Shown here: positions 1-11,948 of the stretch, one piece after another | Numbering within the stretch: the stretch's first letter is position 1 | Layout: every line of letters begins with the position of its first letter | Origin: Felis catus | Lineage: Eukaryota | Assembly (NCBI RefSeq): GCF_018350175.1 | Contig: NC_058368.1 | Coordinates: forward strand, 174,160,001 to 174,224,000 | Direction: 5' to 3' | DNA length: 64,000 nucleotides | Program-made: the position numbers and the translations under genes | Notes under the pieces: generated by a model | Seen by the model: only the letters and a program-made list of their open reading frames with translations | Databases searched by the model: none | What the model was told of the DNA's origin: nothing

Positions 1-205
1 ACCAGATTCATATGTTGAAATCCTAATGCCTAATGTGATGCTTTTAGAAGATGGGGCCTTTGGGGGAATGTTAAGTCATGGTGGTGGAGCCCTCATCAGT
101 GGGATTTGTGTTCCTATAAAGGAGACCCCAGGGAGCTCCTCTGCCCCCTTTCGCCAAGTGAGGACACAGAGTGAAAGTGCTGGCCACGAATCAGGAAGTG
201 GGTCC
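1..205 (+). mobile_element. MaLR LTR fragment (MLT1A-like), cut by window start
   Basis: ATTCATATGTTGAAATCCTAA..GATGGGGCCTTTGGG..GGAGCCCTCAT..AAAGGAGACCCCAG..GTGAGGACACAG matches the MLT1A pattern and resembles the copy at 22239-22590. Confidence 0.8.
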
Positions 206-339
206 AATACTCATGACCTCTCTGCACCTGAGCTATGACCTTCAACAGGAACACATATGAAACTCAGAACAAATAAATGGCAGCTGTTATAATCCTTCTT
301 TATTATGCAACATCTTATTATTTTGCATATTTCCGTTGG

Positions 340-452
340 TGCTGCATTTTCCTCTGGAGATCCCCCAGGGCAGGACCACGCCTTGTTCAACTTTGTATTC
401 TCAGCACCCCTGGATCAGAGTAAGAATGCATTAAGAGTTTGTGAAGTTAAAT
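340..452 (+). mobile_element. L2 3' end remnant
   Basis: AGGGCAGGACCACGCCTTGTTCAACTTTGTATTCTCAGCAC resembles the L2 3' tail. Confidence 0.55.
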
Positions 453-834
453 CATCTCGTACTTTTCTGATGTAGGTAACTTTTGGATCATGGTCAGATG
501 CCTTGGGGCTGCTTCCTTGGAAGTGTCAGGGGTGGTGAGAGGTAGGAGAGAGGAATCAGAGTTGAGAGAAGGATGGGGGAGAGAAAGAGAAAAAGGCAGG
601 AGCTGGCGGGTCTGGGCTGGGCCCGTCCCACCCCCCAGTGGCCTTATTAGGTCTCCGTGTTGAGGAGGCTGGGGCAGGACTGTGGAGAAGAGACTGCTCT
701 GTCAGCCAGGATGTCAGGGGCCGTCAGTCACGCAGGTCCCTCCGGCTGGGAACGAAGCTGGTGCCAGGCTCCCTAGGGGAGGCAACGACAGATGCACCGA
801 TGGGGCAGGGGAGGGAACGGTGGCATTGTCGGAG

Positions 835-1030
835 CTCTCGCTGTGCTTTTGGCACGGTGTTGGGCACTTTTACACCCATCCTCATTTCCTGCTCACAGTG
901 ACCCCAAGGACTAAGGCAGTAATTAGACTGCCAAATTAAATAGGAGAACCTGAAGCCCAGAGACGCTCAATTCCAGCCAAGGTCACACAGCAAGGCAGAA
1001 GGTTTGAAACCAGATCAGCGTGAAGCTGTG
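835..1030 (-). mobile_element. MIR SINE
   Basis: CTGAAGCCCAGAGA..CCAAGGTCACACAGC..TTTGAAACCAG is the antisense MIR core. Confidence 0.65.
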
Positions 1031-1149
1031 AACGAGGCTTCCCCCCCTCCCCCCCCCCCAAGATGTCTTCCAGTCCCTCTGTTTGGGCAGAGCTGACCAA
1101 GACCACAGTGTCCTGTTGAATGGAACAACCTTAGGACTCTTATAATAGA

Positions 1150-1310
1150 CAGAGCACTGACCGAGTCAGGAGCCCAGTGCAGAGGTCCCAGCCCTGCCAT
1201 TGTCAGGCCGTGTGACCTTGGCCTAGTCATTTTACATCCCTGAGCCTCAGTTCTGTCATCTGTAAAATGAGGGCAAAGGTACCTATCCTGACTACCAAGC
1301 AGGCATGTTG
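1150..1310 (+). mobile_element. MIR SINE
   Basis: TGTGACCTTGGCCTAGTCA..CTGAGCCTCAGTTCTGTCATCTGTAAAATG is the MIR core. Confidence 0.75.
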
Positions 1311-3209
1311 GAAAGATGGCAAATATTAACAATGACAGTTATGGAACACTTGTCCCGTATCAGTAACTGTGATACGTCCCTGAGTGTATTTTCCCATTTA
1401 AACTTCACACCCACTTAGGGGTAGGAGTTATTGTTAGCCCCATCTAAAAGACGTGGAGATGAGGATTTAGAGTGTCATATGACTTTCTCCCCAATCGTAG
1501 GTAGTCACAGTTGGAGCTGGGCCGTGTTGCCGACAGTCTACTCAGAGCCCAAATGCTCACCCTGGCCTGTAGTGTATGTAAGAAGGGCTTTTCGAATGTC
1601 AAGGAAGAACAGAAATCTATTGCTTCGTAGGGCTGTAACAGGCAGGGTCTTCTGCTGTGGTTTCACATACATCATCCCATAAACTCCCCATCCCCAGTGG
1701 CCCTGGGAAACCAGAGCCCGGCACATTGCAGCTCAGAGGGGCTGGTTACCTGTCCAAGGTCACACAGCCAGAACTCGCAGAGCTGGGCTATAGACCAGGG
1801 ATGCCCGACCCCAAGACTCTAGGGATGATGCTACCACTGTTGATAATGATGGCCAACGGGCTGGTCCTGGGGTACCGGAAATACAGAAGGGGGCCCTCCT
1901 GGGCACTGGGATGAGTTTGTGTCCTCAGCCGCGCTCCTGTACTCCCGCCTGGGTGTCTCTGTTGATGCTGTTGCTTTGTTTTCCTTTCTGTATTTTCATG
2001 AATGTTTCAGCTCAGCTTTTCTGTCCCGAGGCGCTTTAATCACCAAGGGCCCTGTTCCAAACGTGCGGTGCATAAATAACGAAGGAAATAAATAACGCCT
2101 ACTGCTTCCATCACAAAGCCGGAGCCCCGGGGCAGTGTGGTGGGGAGCCCAGGGGGTGGGAAGATGCAGAAATTTCCCAGGGTTTGAACCCAGCTCTGCT
2201 TCTGTCCTGCTGCGTGACCTCCGTGACCTCCAGAAGGCCTGTTAAGTGCTCTGTGCTCCAATATCCTAATTTGCCAAAGGAGGGGAAAAGCTGTTTGGCA
2301 GTCCTCATAGAGATGGCCAAATCACATGTTCCGGAAAATGTGAGAAGGTGAAGACGGCGGGTGATGTCTGTTGACTACCGTGCAGCTTAGTTACATGACA
2401 TGCAGCTGCTCCTGGCCATAATCCAGCAAGGAAGCACTAACAATCCATTTCTTGAGGCTCAGAGGGGACGTGTCCCGGGAACACCCCAGAGCTGGGATCG
2501 TGAGCCATACCTTGTGTCTCTAAAGCCGACGCTCTTTTCCGTGCGGAGGAAACCCATGGAGTGCGGGTACCTGAGGCCCTTCTTCACAAGCCCAGCTATT
2601 CTCCCAAGGAGGAGGGTTTTCTTTTGAGCCGAAACCAGCAGACCTGCAAAGCTCCTGCCTGCTCAGGAGACAAACAAGGGTTTGTGGATTCGGAGTGGGA
2701 AGGGCCTGCTGCCTCCCTGAGCCCCGCACATGTAAAGCAGGCATCCTTGGTGACACTCGGGGTGGATGGGGGTGGGGGTGGCCTCGGAGGCAAGTGTGCA
2801 GCAGCTAGGCCCACTGTGAAATGGGCAAGAACCACCCAGGACCTGTGGATGGGAGGGGTTGTGGGACAGGAGAGGCCCTAGGAGAGCATCCCGGTGCAGT
2901 GTCAGACCTTGGGGGTCCTGGTGTGATCCAGCCACACCCCCATGTTGTCAGGATTGCAGGCTCTAGAGGCCAGTAGTCTTGGGATTGAGTCCTGGAATTG
3001 TTCCTTCCTAACTGTGGCCTCAAGCAAGTGAGCTAACCCTTCCGGGCTTCTCTTTCGTCATGATGTCCCTGCCCCATGGACTGGTTATGGAGATTGGGTG
3101 AATGGTACATAAAGGCCTTGGTGCCATGCCTGACAAGCAAGCACTCAAGCACTCAAGCAATTTCAGCTGTTATTAATGTTTGCAAATCAGAGTCTGTATG
3201 TCTACCCAT

Positions 3210-4440
3210 CCATCTAACCATCTACACATTCATCCATCTGTCCTTCCATCTACCTGTTCTTCGTTCATTCATCTTTTTACTCAGTGAGCTTTCACTCGGT
3301 AGGCTCCCATACTGAGGGCATGTTCCAGGTGCCATCAGTGCTGACCCCTGGGTATCCGAGATTAAAACAACACCAAACACAATAAAAACACACAGCCCTT
3401 GCACTCAAGGACCTCATAGTTGAGTGGCAGGGACAGATCTGTGTATCAGATCAGGGCCCCGTCAGGGTCCCCTCAGGAAGGGCAGCCGAGGAGGGCTTGG
3501 TAAACGGTGAATGGAGCATTTACAAGGCGGGAACCAGGTTAAGGTGCTAACAAGAGGTGGTCTGGTGGCAGGGAAGCTGTTACTACCCTCCTGGGGACAA
3601 AGGACAAGCTGTTACTGGATCCCTGCCAGAGCTGTGGTTGAGGAGAGAGGCTGTGGCCTTAGTAAGAGGACCTGAGGCACCGGGGCGCCTGGGTGGCTCA
3701 TTCGGTTGAGCGGCCACCTTTGGCTCAGGTCGTGATCTCACGGCTTGTGAGTTCGAGCCACGCATCGGGCTTTGTGCTGACAGCCCGGAGCCTGAGCCTG
3801 CTTGGGGTTCTGTGTCCCTCTCTCGCTCTGCCCCTCCCTCGCTCATGTTCTGTCTCTCTGTCTCTCAAGGGTAAATAAAACATTAAAAAAAAAACAGAGG
3901 ACGTGAGGCCCGGCGGTGGGCGGGACGCCAGGTCTCAACACCCGTCTCACTTTCCTCCCTGTTCCATCCACTGCGCTCACCGAGCCTACCCGATTCAGAG
4001 GGCCAAGGAGCACAGCTGAGAGCAAGGAAGAGAGGGGTGGGTGAGGAGGGGCGGTAAATGTGGAATATGCACTGTGGTTTGTAGACAGGCGAACGTGATG
4101 TATGTGGTGAACATGGAGGGACGATTCTGTGGCATTGCAGCAGAGGGCCCTGCAAAAGCTGGTGGGAGGGAGGGAGGGCTTCCTGGAGGATGCGACACCG
4201 GTGGCCAGTGGGGAGTAAGAGTTTGCCAGGCAGAGGAGGGACAGACGGTGCTCCTGACAGAGAGCTGCCTGAGCATGAAGGTTTGGGGGCAAAGCATGGA
4301 GAATGGAGGAGGTGGAGTGTCAGGGGCTGATGTGGGTGCAAGAGGAAGGGGAAAAACAGAGGCCCCCTGAGGAGCTGGAGAGGGCTTGGTGGTGGTTCTA
4401 GAGCAGACAGAGAAAGGCGTGGGATCGGACGCTGGTCCTG
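3210..4440 (-). mobile_element. L2 remnant interrupted by an old ERVL-type LTR (~3455-4050) and a Can-SINE
   Basis: Antisense L2 tail (TTCATTCAT, CCCTTGCACTCAAGGACCTCATAGT) at 3260-3450 resumes at ~4160 (GGGAGGGCTTCCTGGAGGA); intervening GTCAGGGTCCC..GGAAGCTGTTACTACC resembles an old LTR. Confidence 0.5.
3682..3894 (+). mobile_element. Can-SINE (SINEC, feliform type)
   Basis: GGGGCGCCTGGGTGGCTCA head, CT-rich linker, A tail; diverged TSD AGAGGAC(C/G)TGAGGC. Confidence 0.95.
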
Positions 4441-4638
4441 GGGCCAGCCAGCCCTCCTCCCTGTTCCAGGACCAAATTTCCCAGCGAGAGCAATTTTTGA
4501 AAAATTAATTTTTAATGACACCAGTGGGCCCTGAATACATTCTCCTTGTCAAAAATGAAACCGCTACGATCCATCACTCTCACCGCACAGCCCATCCCCC
4601 ATGGCTGGAGTTTGGGGTACGACTTCCGGTCCTTTGTC

Positions 4639-4861
4639 TGGTGGTTCACAACTGGGAGTGATTTTGCCTTCCAGGGACATTTGGCAATGACTGGAGACAT
4701 TTTTGATTGTCACACCTGGGAGTTGGTGCTACTGACATCCGGTAGGTAGAGGCCAAGGATGCTGCTGAACATCCTATATTGCACAGGACAGCGCCCCCCT
4801 ACCCCCCAGCAAAGAATTGTCTAGCCCAATATGTTAACAGTACAGAAATTGAGAAATTTTG
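4639..4861. mobile_element. MER20 hAT-Charlie DNA transposon
   Basis: GTGGTTCACAAC..CAGGGACATTTGGCAATGACTGGAGACATTTTTGATTGTCAC..GTAGAGGCCAAGGATGCTGCTGAACATCCTA..GCACAGGACAGC..TTGAGAAA. Confidence 0.9.
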
Positions 4862-4959
4862 GTCTAGGCTAGGAGTTCTTAACCTTTCCACCCTCCCCCC
4901 TCCAAATACTGCCTTTCTGAAGAGTCTTTCAGACAATTTTTTCCTAAACACAGCTTCCC

Positions 4960-5355
4960 AATGAAGTATTTTAATACTATAGATACATTGATTATTTGCT
5001 TATGCACTCTGTATGTCTGTGCTTTATATACAGGAAGGGTAAGTTTCTTAAGTCGTGAAGAATCCATTTTTGACCGCTTGGAGGCCATATAACCACCATT
5101 GAGGATGTAGGGTGGGGGTACTAACCCAGGAAACACACTGTTTATGTGTGCACATTTTAGCACTAATGGCACCACATTGTATAAAGAGTTCTGCAACATG
5201 GCAGATCGTTTGCAAGTCACAGATCGTTTTTCTTTTGGTTCTGCACACTATTCCATTTTACGGCTGACATTATAGTCAACCATTCCCCTACTTAAGAACA
5301 TGTAGCCATTTCCAAGTTTTCCCTTCTGAATATGAGCAATGCTGCAAACATATTG
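4960..5355 (-). mobile_element. Old L1 (L1ME-like) 3' region, left half of host element
   Basis: ATTCCATT..CAACCATTCCCCTACT..ACAT..TTTCCAAGTTTT..CAATGCTGCAAACAT is typical antisense L1M 3' sequence; continues at ~13740. Confidence 0.55.
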
Positions 5356-6299
5356 TTTTTTAAATTAAACTATTTATTTTGAGATCATCGTAGATTCACA
5401 TGCATTTGTAAGAAACAATACAGGGAGACATCACGTACCCTTTACCCAGTTCCCCCAGTGGTAACATCTTGCAAAATTACAGTACGGTATCAGAACCAGG
5501 ATGTTGACATTGATACAGTCGAGATACAGAACATTCCATCACTGCCAGGTCCCTCATGTTGCCCTTTTATGGCTACACCCACTTTCTTGCTACCCCCACC
5601 CTACCTTAAGCCTCTGCAATCACGAAACTGTTCCCCATTTATAACATTTCGCATTCCAAAGCTGTGACATAAATGGGAGCATACAGCATGAAATCTCTTG
5701 AGATTGACCTTTTGCACGCAACAAAATTCTCCGGAGACTCATCAGTGTGTCTGTAGTCGGTTCCTTTTTTATTGCTGGTAGTTTTGCATGGAATGCATGG
5801 ACTATAGCTTAACCCATCACCTATGGAAGGATGTCTGGATTGTTTTCAAGTTTTGACTCTTATGAACAACGCTGCTATAAACATTCATGGGCAGGTTTTT
5901 GTGCAAATGTACGTTTTCATTTCTCCAGAGTCAATGCCTTGGAGTGTGATGGCTGAGTCATATGGTAGCTGTACGTTTCGTTTATTAAAAGGAATCGCCA
6001 AACCGTTTTCCAGAGTGGCTGAGCCATCTTAGGCCGCCACAGCCGTGAATGAGTGGTCCAATTTGCTTTGCATCCTCATTCGCGTTTGGCATTGCCACCG
6101 TTTTTATGTTAGCTCTTCTGATAGGTGTCTAGTGATACCTCGTTGTGGGTTTAATTTGTATTTCCCTGACGGCTAATATTGAACGTTGCTTCATGTGCTT
6201 GTTGGCCACCTGTATGTCTTTTTTGGTGAAACGTCTCTTCATGTCTTTTGCCTGTTTTCCAATTGGATTGTTTATTATTTTACTGGCAAGTTCTGAGAG

Positions 6300-6632
6300 G
6301 TGTTTGTTTGTTTGTTAGTTTTTGGTTAGGTTTACTGAGGTAAAATTTACATATAATAAAAGTTCTCTTTTTAGGCATACAGTTCTTTGAATTTTGACAA
6401 ATGCAAACAGTCATGTGACCACCACTACCACAATCACTATGCAAAACAGTTCCATCGCCCCCCAAAATTCCCTCAATCCCTTTCGTAGTTAACCCCACTC
6501 CCAGCAACCACTGATCCATTTTCTACCCATATAGTTTGTCCTTGCCTTTTCCAGGAATTCATATAATTGGAATCACAGAGTATGCAACCTTTTGAGTCTG
6601 CTTTCTTTCACTTAGCATAATGAATTTGAGTT
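6300..6632 (-). mobile_element. Second L1 3' end (L1MB-like) nested in the L1MC
   Basis: (GTTT)n tail then TTTACTGAGGTAAAATTTACATATAATAAA..TACAGTTCTTTGAATTTTGACAAATG..CTTTCACTTAGCATAATG; host sequence resumes at ~6700. Confidence 0.75.
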
Positions 6633-6969
6633 CTAAAAATACACACACACATGAATGTATATATAAACTATATCCTAGTGTGTGTATATATATATATATA
6701 TACACAAGATACTAGTCTTTTGTTGGATATACGTGGTTTGCCATATTTTCTCCTAGTCTGTACTTGTCTTTTCATTCTATTAACAGGGTCTTTCATAGAG
6801 AAAAAGCTTAAAACGTTTAATGAGACCCAATTTATCAAAGTTTGCTTTTATAGATTGTACTTTGGCGTTAAATCTAAGAATTCCTGGCTAACTCCAGACC
6901 TTGAGGTTTTCTTCTATGTTTTTTTCCAAACAGTGTTATAGTTTCACATTTAATATTTAAGTCCATGAT

Positions 6970-7461
6970 CTTTCTTTCTCTCTTTGTCCCTTCCTTCCTT
7001 CCTTCCCTCCCTCCCTCCTTTGTTCCTTCCTTCCTTCCCTTCCTCCTTCCCTCCCTCCTTCCTTCCCTCCCTCCCTCCTTTGTTCCTTCCTTCCTTCCCT
7101 CCCTCCCTCCTTTGTTCCTTCCTTCCTTCCCTCCCTCCCTCCTTTGTTCCTTCCTTCCTTCCCTCCCTCCCTCCCTCCCTCCTTCCTTCCTTCCCTCCCT
7201 CCTTCCTTCTTTCCTTCCTTCCCTCCCTCCCTCCTTCCTTCCTTCCCTCCACCCTTCCTACCTTCCTTCCCTCCTTTCCTCCTTTGTTCCTTCCTTCCTT
7301 CCCTCCTTTCCTCCTTCCTTCCTTCCCTCCCTCCTTCCTTTCCTCCTCCTTCCTTCCTTCCTTCCTTCCTTCCTTCCTTCCTTCCCTCCTTTGTTCCTTC
7401 CTTCCTTTCCTCCTTCCTTCCTTCCCTCCCTCCTTCCTTTCCTCCTCCTTCCTTCCTTCCT

Positions 7462-7532
<71 letters not shown>

Positions 7533-7535
7533 TTG
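6970..7535. repeat. Compound polypyrimidine microsatellite (CCTT/CCCT)n with higher-order units, ending in (CT)n
   Basis: Directly visible; recurring CCTTTGTTCCTTCCTTCC landmark. Confidence 0.98.
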
Positions 7536-7790
7536 CCTCTGGATGTTCAGTTGCTTCAGCACCGCATGTTGAAGTCCATTGATTGCTTTTGCACCTTGTC
7601 AAAAATCAGTTGGGTGTATTTGTGTGGGTCTATTTCTGACTCCTCTACTCTGCTCCACAGATCTACGTGTCTATTCCCCCCACCAATCCCACACAGTCTT
7701 GATTACTGTAGCTTTATAATAATTCTTGAAATCAAGTAAGACCTATTCCTCCCACTTTCTTCTTCTCTTTTTAAAAATTGCATTGTCTAT

Positions 7791-7910
7791 GGGGCGCCTG
7801 GGTGGCTGAGTCAGTTGAGTGCCCTACTCTTGATGTTGACTCAGGTCATGATCCCAGGATTGTGGGATCAATCCCTGCTCATGCTGTCTCTCTAAAACAA
7901 ACAATAAAGT
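7791..7910 (+). mobile_element. Can-SINE, older, internally deleted
   Basis: GGGGCGCCTGGGTGGCTGAGTCAGTTGAG head; TSD AAAATTGCATT(G/A)TCTAT. Confidence 0.9.
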
Positions 7911-8261
7911 AAAATTGCATTATCTATTCTAGTTCTTCTGCCTTTCCATATAAAATTCAGAATAATCTTGTCTATATTTGCAAAAAGCATTGCTTGGATT
8001 TTGATAGTAATTGTGTTAAATCTATGTATTAATTTGGGCGACAAATTGGCCTCTTTACTATGCTGAATCTTCCAATCCATGAAGAGAGCATGTCTTTCCA
8101 TTTATTTAAGTCATCTTTGATTCTGTCATCAATCTTTTGTAATTTTCAGGATGCAAATCCCATACATGGTTGTTAGATTTATACCTAAGTATTTCTTTTT
8201 TTTTCTTTTAGTGCTTTTACTTGGTATTGTATTTTCAGGTTCACCAGCCACATGTGCATAG

Positions 8262-8442
8262 TTAATATATAAATAAATATATAAAACTAAAATTAATACA
8301 TAATTTATTTAGTATATAATTAGTAATATATAATATATATTATATATCATGTAATATAATATATAATTATATGATATTATATAATTTATTATTAATATAT
8401 AATTAATATATAAAACTAAAATTAATATATAAAACTAAATTT
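8262..8442. repeat. AT-rich low-complexity tract
   Basis: Almost pure A/T with repeated ATATAAAACTAAA units. Confidence 0.9.
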
Positions 8443-9379
8443 TGCATGTTCATGTTCATTTGGTATATCCTATGATCTTGCTGAACTCACGTATTAGGTC
8501 TAGGGTATTTTGTTTTGTTTTTGTAGGTTACTTGGAATTTTTTTTACATATGCAATCATATCATCTATAAATACTGACAGTCTTTTTTATTCCCTTGTGG
8601 TCTGTATGCCTTTTATTTCCTTTTTTGTTTCTTTATCGCACTGGCTAGAACTTCCAACACTAGGTTGAAGAAGACTGATGAGGTCAGACATCCTTGTTTT
8701 TTTCCCTGATCTTAGAGGAAAGCATTCAGTGGCCTTTTGCCATCAATTATTATGTTAGCTGTAAATTTTGTGTAGATGCTTTTATCAAGTTGAGGATATT
8801 TCCCACTTCTATTTTTCTGGGAGTTTCAATCACAAATGGCCGTTGAATTTTCTTAAATACCTTTTGGGGGGGGCATCAATTAACATAACATGTATTTTTC
8901 TTCAATCTATTATTACAGTGGGTTTCATTGACTGTTTTTCAAATGTTAGACTAACGTTTCATGGCATTTAATTCTTTTCATATATTGCAAATTCTACTTG
9001 CTAATATTTTATCAAAAATTTTTATGTCTATATTCACGAGATATACTAGTCTGTAAATTTTTTTTTGTACTGTCTTTATCTGATTTTGGTATCAGGATAA
9101 TACTTTATAAAACAAATTGTGAAGTCTTTATATGTTTCTTTTCTATTTTCTGGAGGAGATTTTGTAGGATTGGTGTTAATTCTTTAAACATTTGGTAGAG
9201 TTCTCCAGTGAAGCCATCTGGGCCTGGAGATTTATTTTTTGGAAGCTTCAAAATTATGAATTAAACGTCCTTGTGACTAATTATGAATTAAATAGCCCTA
9301 GTTTTAGGGCTATTCAAATGTTCTATTTCATATTAGTGAGTTGGGGGCAGTTTGTGTTTTTCAAGGAGTTGATCCATTT

Positions 9380-9601
9380 AAAAAAAAATTTTTTGTTTAA
9401 CGTTTATTTATTTTTGAGACAGAGAGAGACAGAGCATGAACGGGGGAGGGTCAGAGAGAGAGGGAGACACAGAATCTGAAACAGGCTCCAGGCTCTGAGC
9501 CATCAGCCCAGAGCCTGACGCGGGGCTCGAACTCACAGACCGTGAGATCATGACCTGAGCCGAAGTCGGACGCTTAACCGACTGAGCCACCCAGGCGCCC
9601 C
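9380..9601 (-). mobile_element. Can-SINE
   Basis: Ends GCCACCCAGGCGCCCC; TSD TGATCCATTT. Confidence 0.96.
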
Positions 9602-10466
9602 ATGATCCATTTTATGTAAGATATCAAATTTATGTGTGGAGAGTTGTTGTAGTATTCTCTTATTATCCTTTTATCCTATTATCTCTTATTATCCTATTAT
9701 CTGAAGGATCTGTGGTATCCCTAGTTTCATTCCTGATATTAGAAATTTGCGTCTTCTTTCATTTTTCTCTGTTAATGTAGCCAGAGTTTTGTCAATTTTA
9801 TTGATCTTTTCAAGGGAACTGTTGTTTCATTGAATTTTATTTATTGTCTTACTGTTTTCAATTTCATTGATTTATGCTTTTTTCCTTATTATTTCCTTGC
9901 TTTGGGTTTATATTTGCTTTCCTGTTTCTAAATACTTGAAGGGCGAGCTTCAATGATTGATTTAAGACTTTTCTTCTTTCCTGGTGTATGCATTTAGTGC
10001 TATAAATTTCTCTCTGCCTCAGTTGTGCTCCCAAATTTGATATATTCTATTTCCAATTTCACTCAGCTCAGTGCAATTTTTGATATGAGATGAGACCATC
10101 TCTTTGACCCATGGATTATTTAGAAGCATGCTGCTTAGTTTCCAAATGTTGAGATTTTTTCCTGTTATCTTTTTGTTACTGCTTTCTATTTTTACTTCAT
10201 TATGTTTGGACAGCATACTCTTTATGATTTCAGTTGTCTAAAATCTGTTGGCTTTTTTTTTAATGGCCCAGGATATGGTATATGTAGTGTTCTGTGGGCA
10301 CTTGAATATGTATTCTGCAGTCATTGAGTAGAGCGTTCTATAAATGTTCATTAGATCTTGCTCATTGTTGGTGATGTTCTTTAATATTCTTGCTGCTTTT
10401 CTGTCTAATTGTTCCATAAGTTATTGAGAGGGTATGTTAAAGTCTCCAAGTATAATTGCAGATTTA

Positions 10467-10644
10467 GGGGCACCTGGGTGGCTTAGTCAGTTCAGTGTGT
10501 GACTCTTGATTTCAGCTCAGGTCATAATCCCAGGGTCATAGGATAGAGACATGCACTTAGCGTGGAACCTGCTTGAGATTCTCTCTCTCTTCCTCTGCTC
10601 TCTCCCCAACTTGTGCGCACGATCTCTCTCTCTAAAATAAAAAC
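10467..10644 (+). mobile_element. Can-SINE, older subfamily
   Basis: GGGGCACCTGGGTGGCTTAGTCAG..GACTCTTGATTTCAGCTCAGGTCAT. Confidence 0.9.
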
Positions 10645-10646
10645 TA

Positions 10647-10880
10647 GGGGTGCCTGGATGGCTCAGTCAGTTAAGCTTTGGCCAGGTCATGATTTCACGG
10701 TTTGTGAGTTTGAGCCCCATGTCGGGCTCTGTGCTGACAGCTCAGAGCCTGGAGCCTGCTTCAGATTCTGTGTCTCCCTCTTTCTTTGCCCCTCCCTTGC
10801 TCACGCCCTGTCTGTCTGTCTGTCTCTCTCTCTCTGTCAAAAATAAATAAACATTAAAAAATTAAAATAATAAAATAAAA
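10647..10880 (+). mobile_element. Can-SINE
   Basis: GGGGTGCCTGGATGGCTCAG head, CT linker, AAATAAATAAACATT tail. Confidence 0.93.
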
Positions 10881-10901
10881 ATTATTAATACGTTTGGATT
10901 T

Positions 10902-11029
10902 GGGATGCCTGGGTGGCTCAGTCAGCTAAGCATCTGACTCTTGATTTCGGCTCAATGCATGAGCTCATGGGCGTGAGGTTGTTCTTAAACCCCACACTGG
11001 GCTCTGTGTGGGCACAGAGCCTGCTTAAG

Positions 11030-11077
<48 letters not shown>

Positions 11078-11140
11078 TCTGCTCCTTCCCTGTTCGTGAG
11101 CATGTGCGCTCTTTCCCCCGATAAAATGAAATTTAAAAAA
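10902..11140 (+). mobile_element. Can-SINE, older subfamily with long (CT)n
   Basis: GGGATGCCTGGGTGGCTCAG..GACTCTTGATTTCGGCTCA; (CT)n at ~11032-11075. Confidence 0.9.
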
Positions 11141-11443
11141 ATAATTGTTATTTATATATTTTTTGCCCTTCAATTCCATTGTGTTTTGCTTTATATATTT
11201 TGTAGTTGTGTTTTTTGGTATATACACAAAAAGCCTTCTTCTTGGTGGACTTACTCTTTTATCATTATAGGATATCCTTCTCTGTCTCATAATTTTTTTC
11301 ATTCTGAAGTCACTTTGGTATTACTATCACCACTCTTGCTTAACTTAGAAAACTCGACAAAAGAAAAAAATATATATTGTATTTACCCATAATTTTGCTT
11401 ACCCTGCTATTCCTTCCTGATGTTTCAAGATTTCTTCTTCTTC

Positions 11444-11655
11444 TTTTTTTTTTTTTAACGTTTATTTATTTTTGAGACAGAGACAGAGCATGAACGGGGG
11501 AGGGGCAGAGAGAGAGGGAGACACAGAATCTGAAACAGGCTCCAGGCTCTGAGCCTTCAGCACAGAGCCCGACGCGGGGCTTGAACTCACGAGCCGCGAG
11601 ATCATGACCTGAGCCGAAGTCGGACGCTCAACCGACTGAGCCACCCAGGCTCCCC
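11444..11655 (-). mobile_element. Can-SINE
   Basis: TSD TCAAGATTTCTTCT. Confidence 0.96.
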
Positions 11656-11707
11656 TCAAGATTTCTTCTATCATTTCCTAACTGTTTAGGGAACTACCTT
11701 TAGCCAT

Positions 11708-11709
<2 letters not shown>

Positions 11710-11748
<39 letters not shown>

Positions 11749-11948
11749 GTTTTTATCTTTGAGACAGAGAGAGACAGAGCATGAACAGGGGAGGGGCAGA
11801 GAGAGAGAGGGAGACACAGAATCTGAAACAGGCTCCAGGCTCTGAGCTGTCAGCACGGAGCCCGATGCGGGGCTCAAACTCACCAACTGTGAGATCAGGA
11901 CCTAAGCCGAAGTCGGATGCTTAACCGACTGAGCCACCCAGGCGCCCC
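11710..11948 (-). mobile_element. Can-SINE with long poly(A) tail
   Basis: TSD TAGCCATTCTTT; long T run at 11710-11745. Confidence 0.96.

Noticed and set aside
4789..4805. CTCF-like CAGCGCCCCCTA in MER20
   Set aside because: Lacks the conserved CC at the motif 5' end
6950..7739. Long overlapping ORFs of 100-251 aa (PSFL- and EGRK-rich)
   Set aside because: Stop-free translations of the CCTT/CCCT microsatellite; not coding
7892..10216. L1 ORF2-like peptides as a functional reverse transcriptase gene
   Set aside because: Short fragments broken by stops, frameshifts, deletions and SINE insertions
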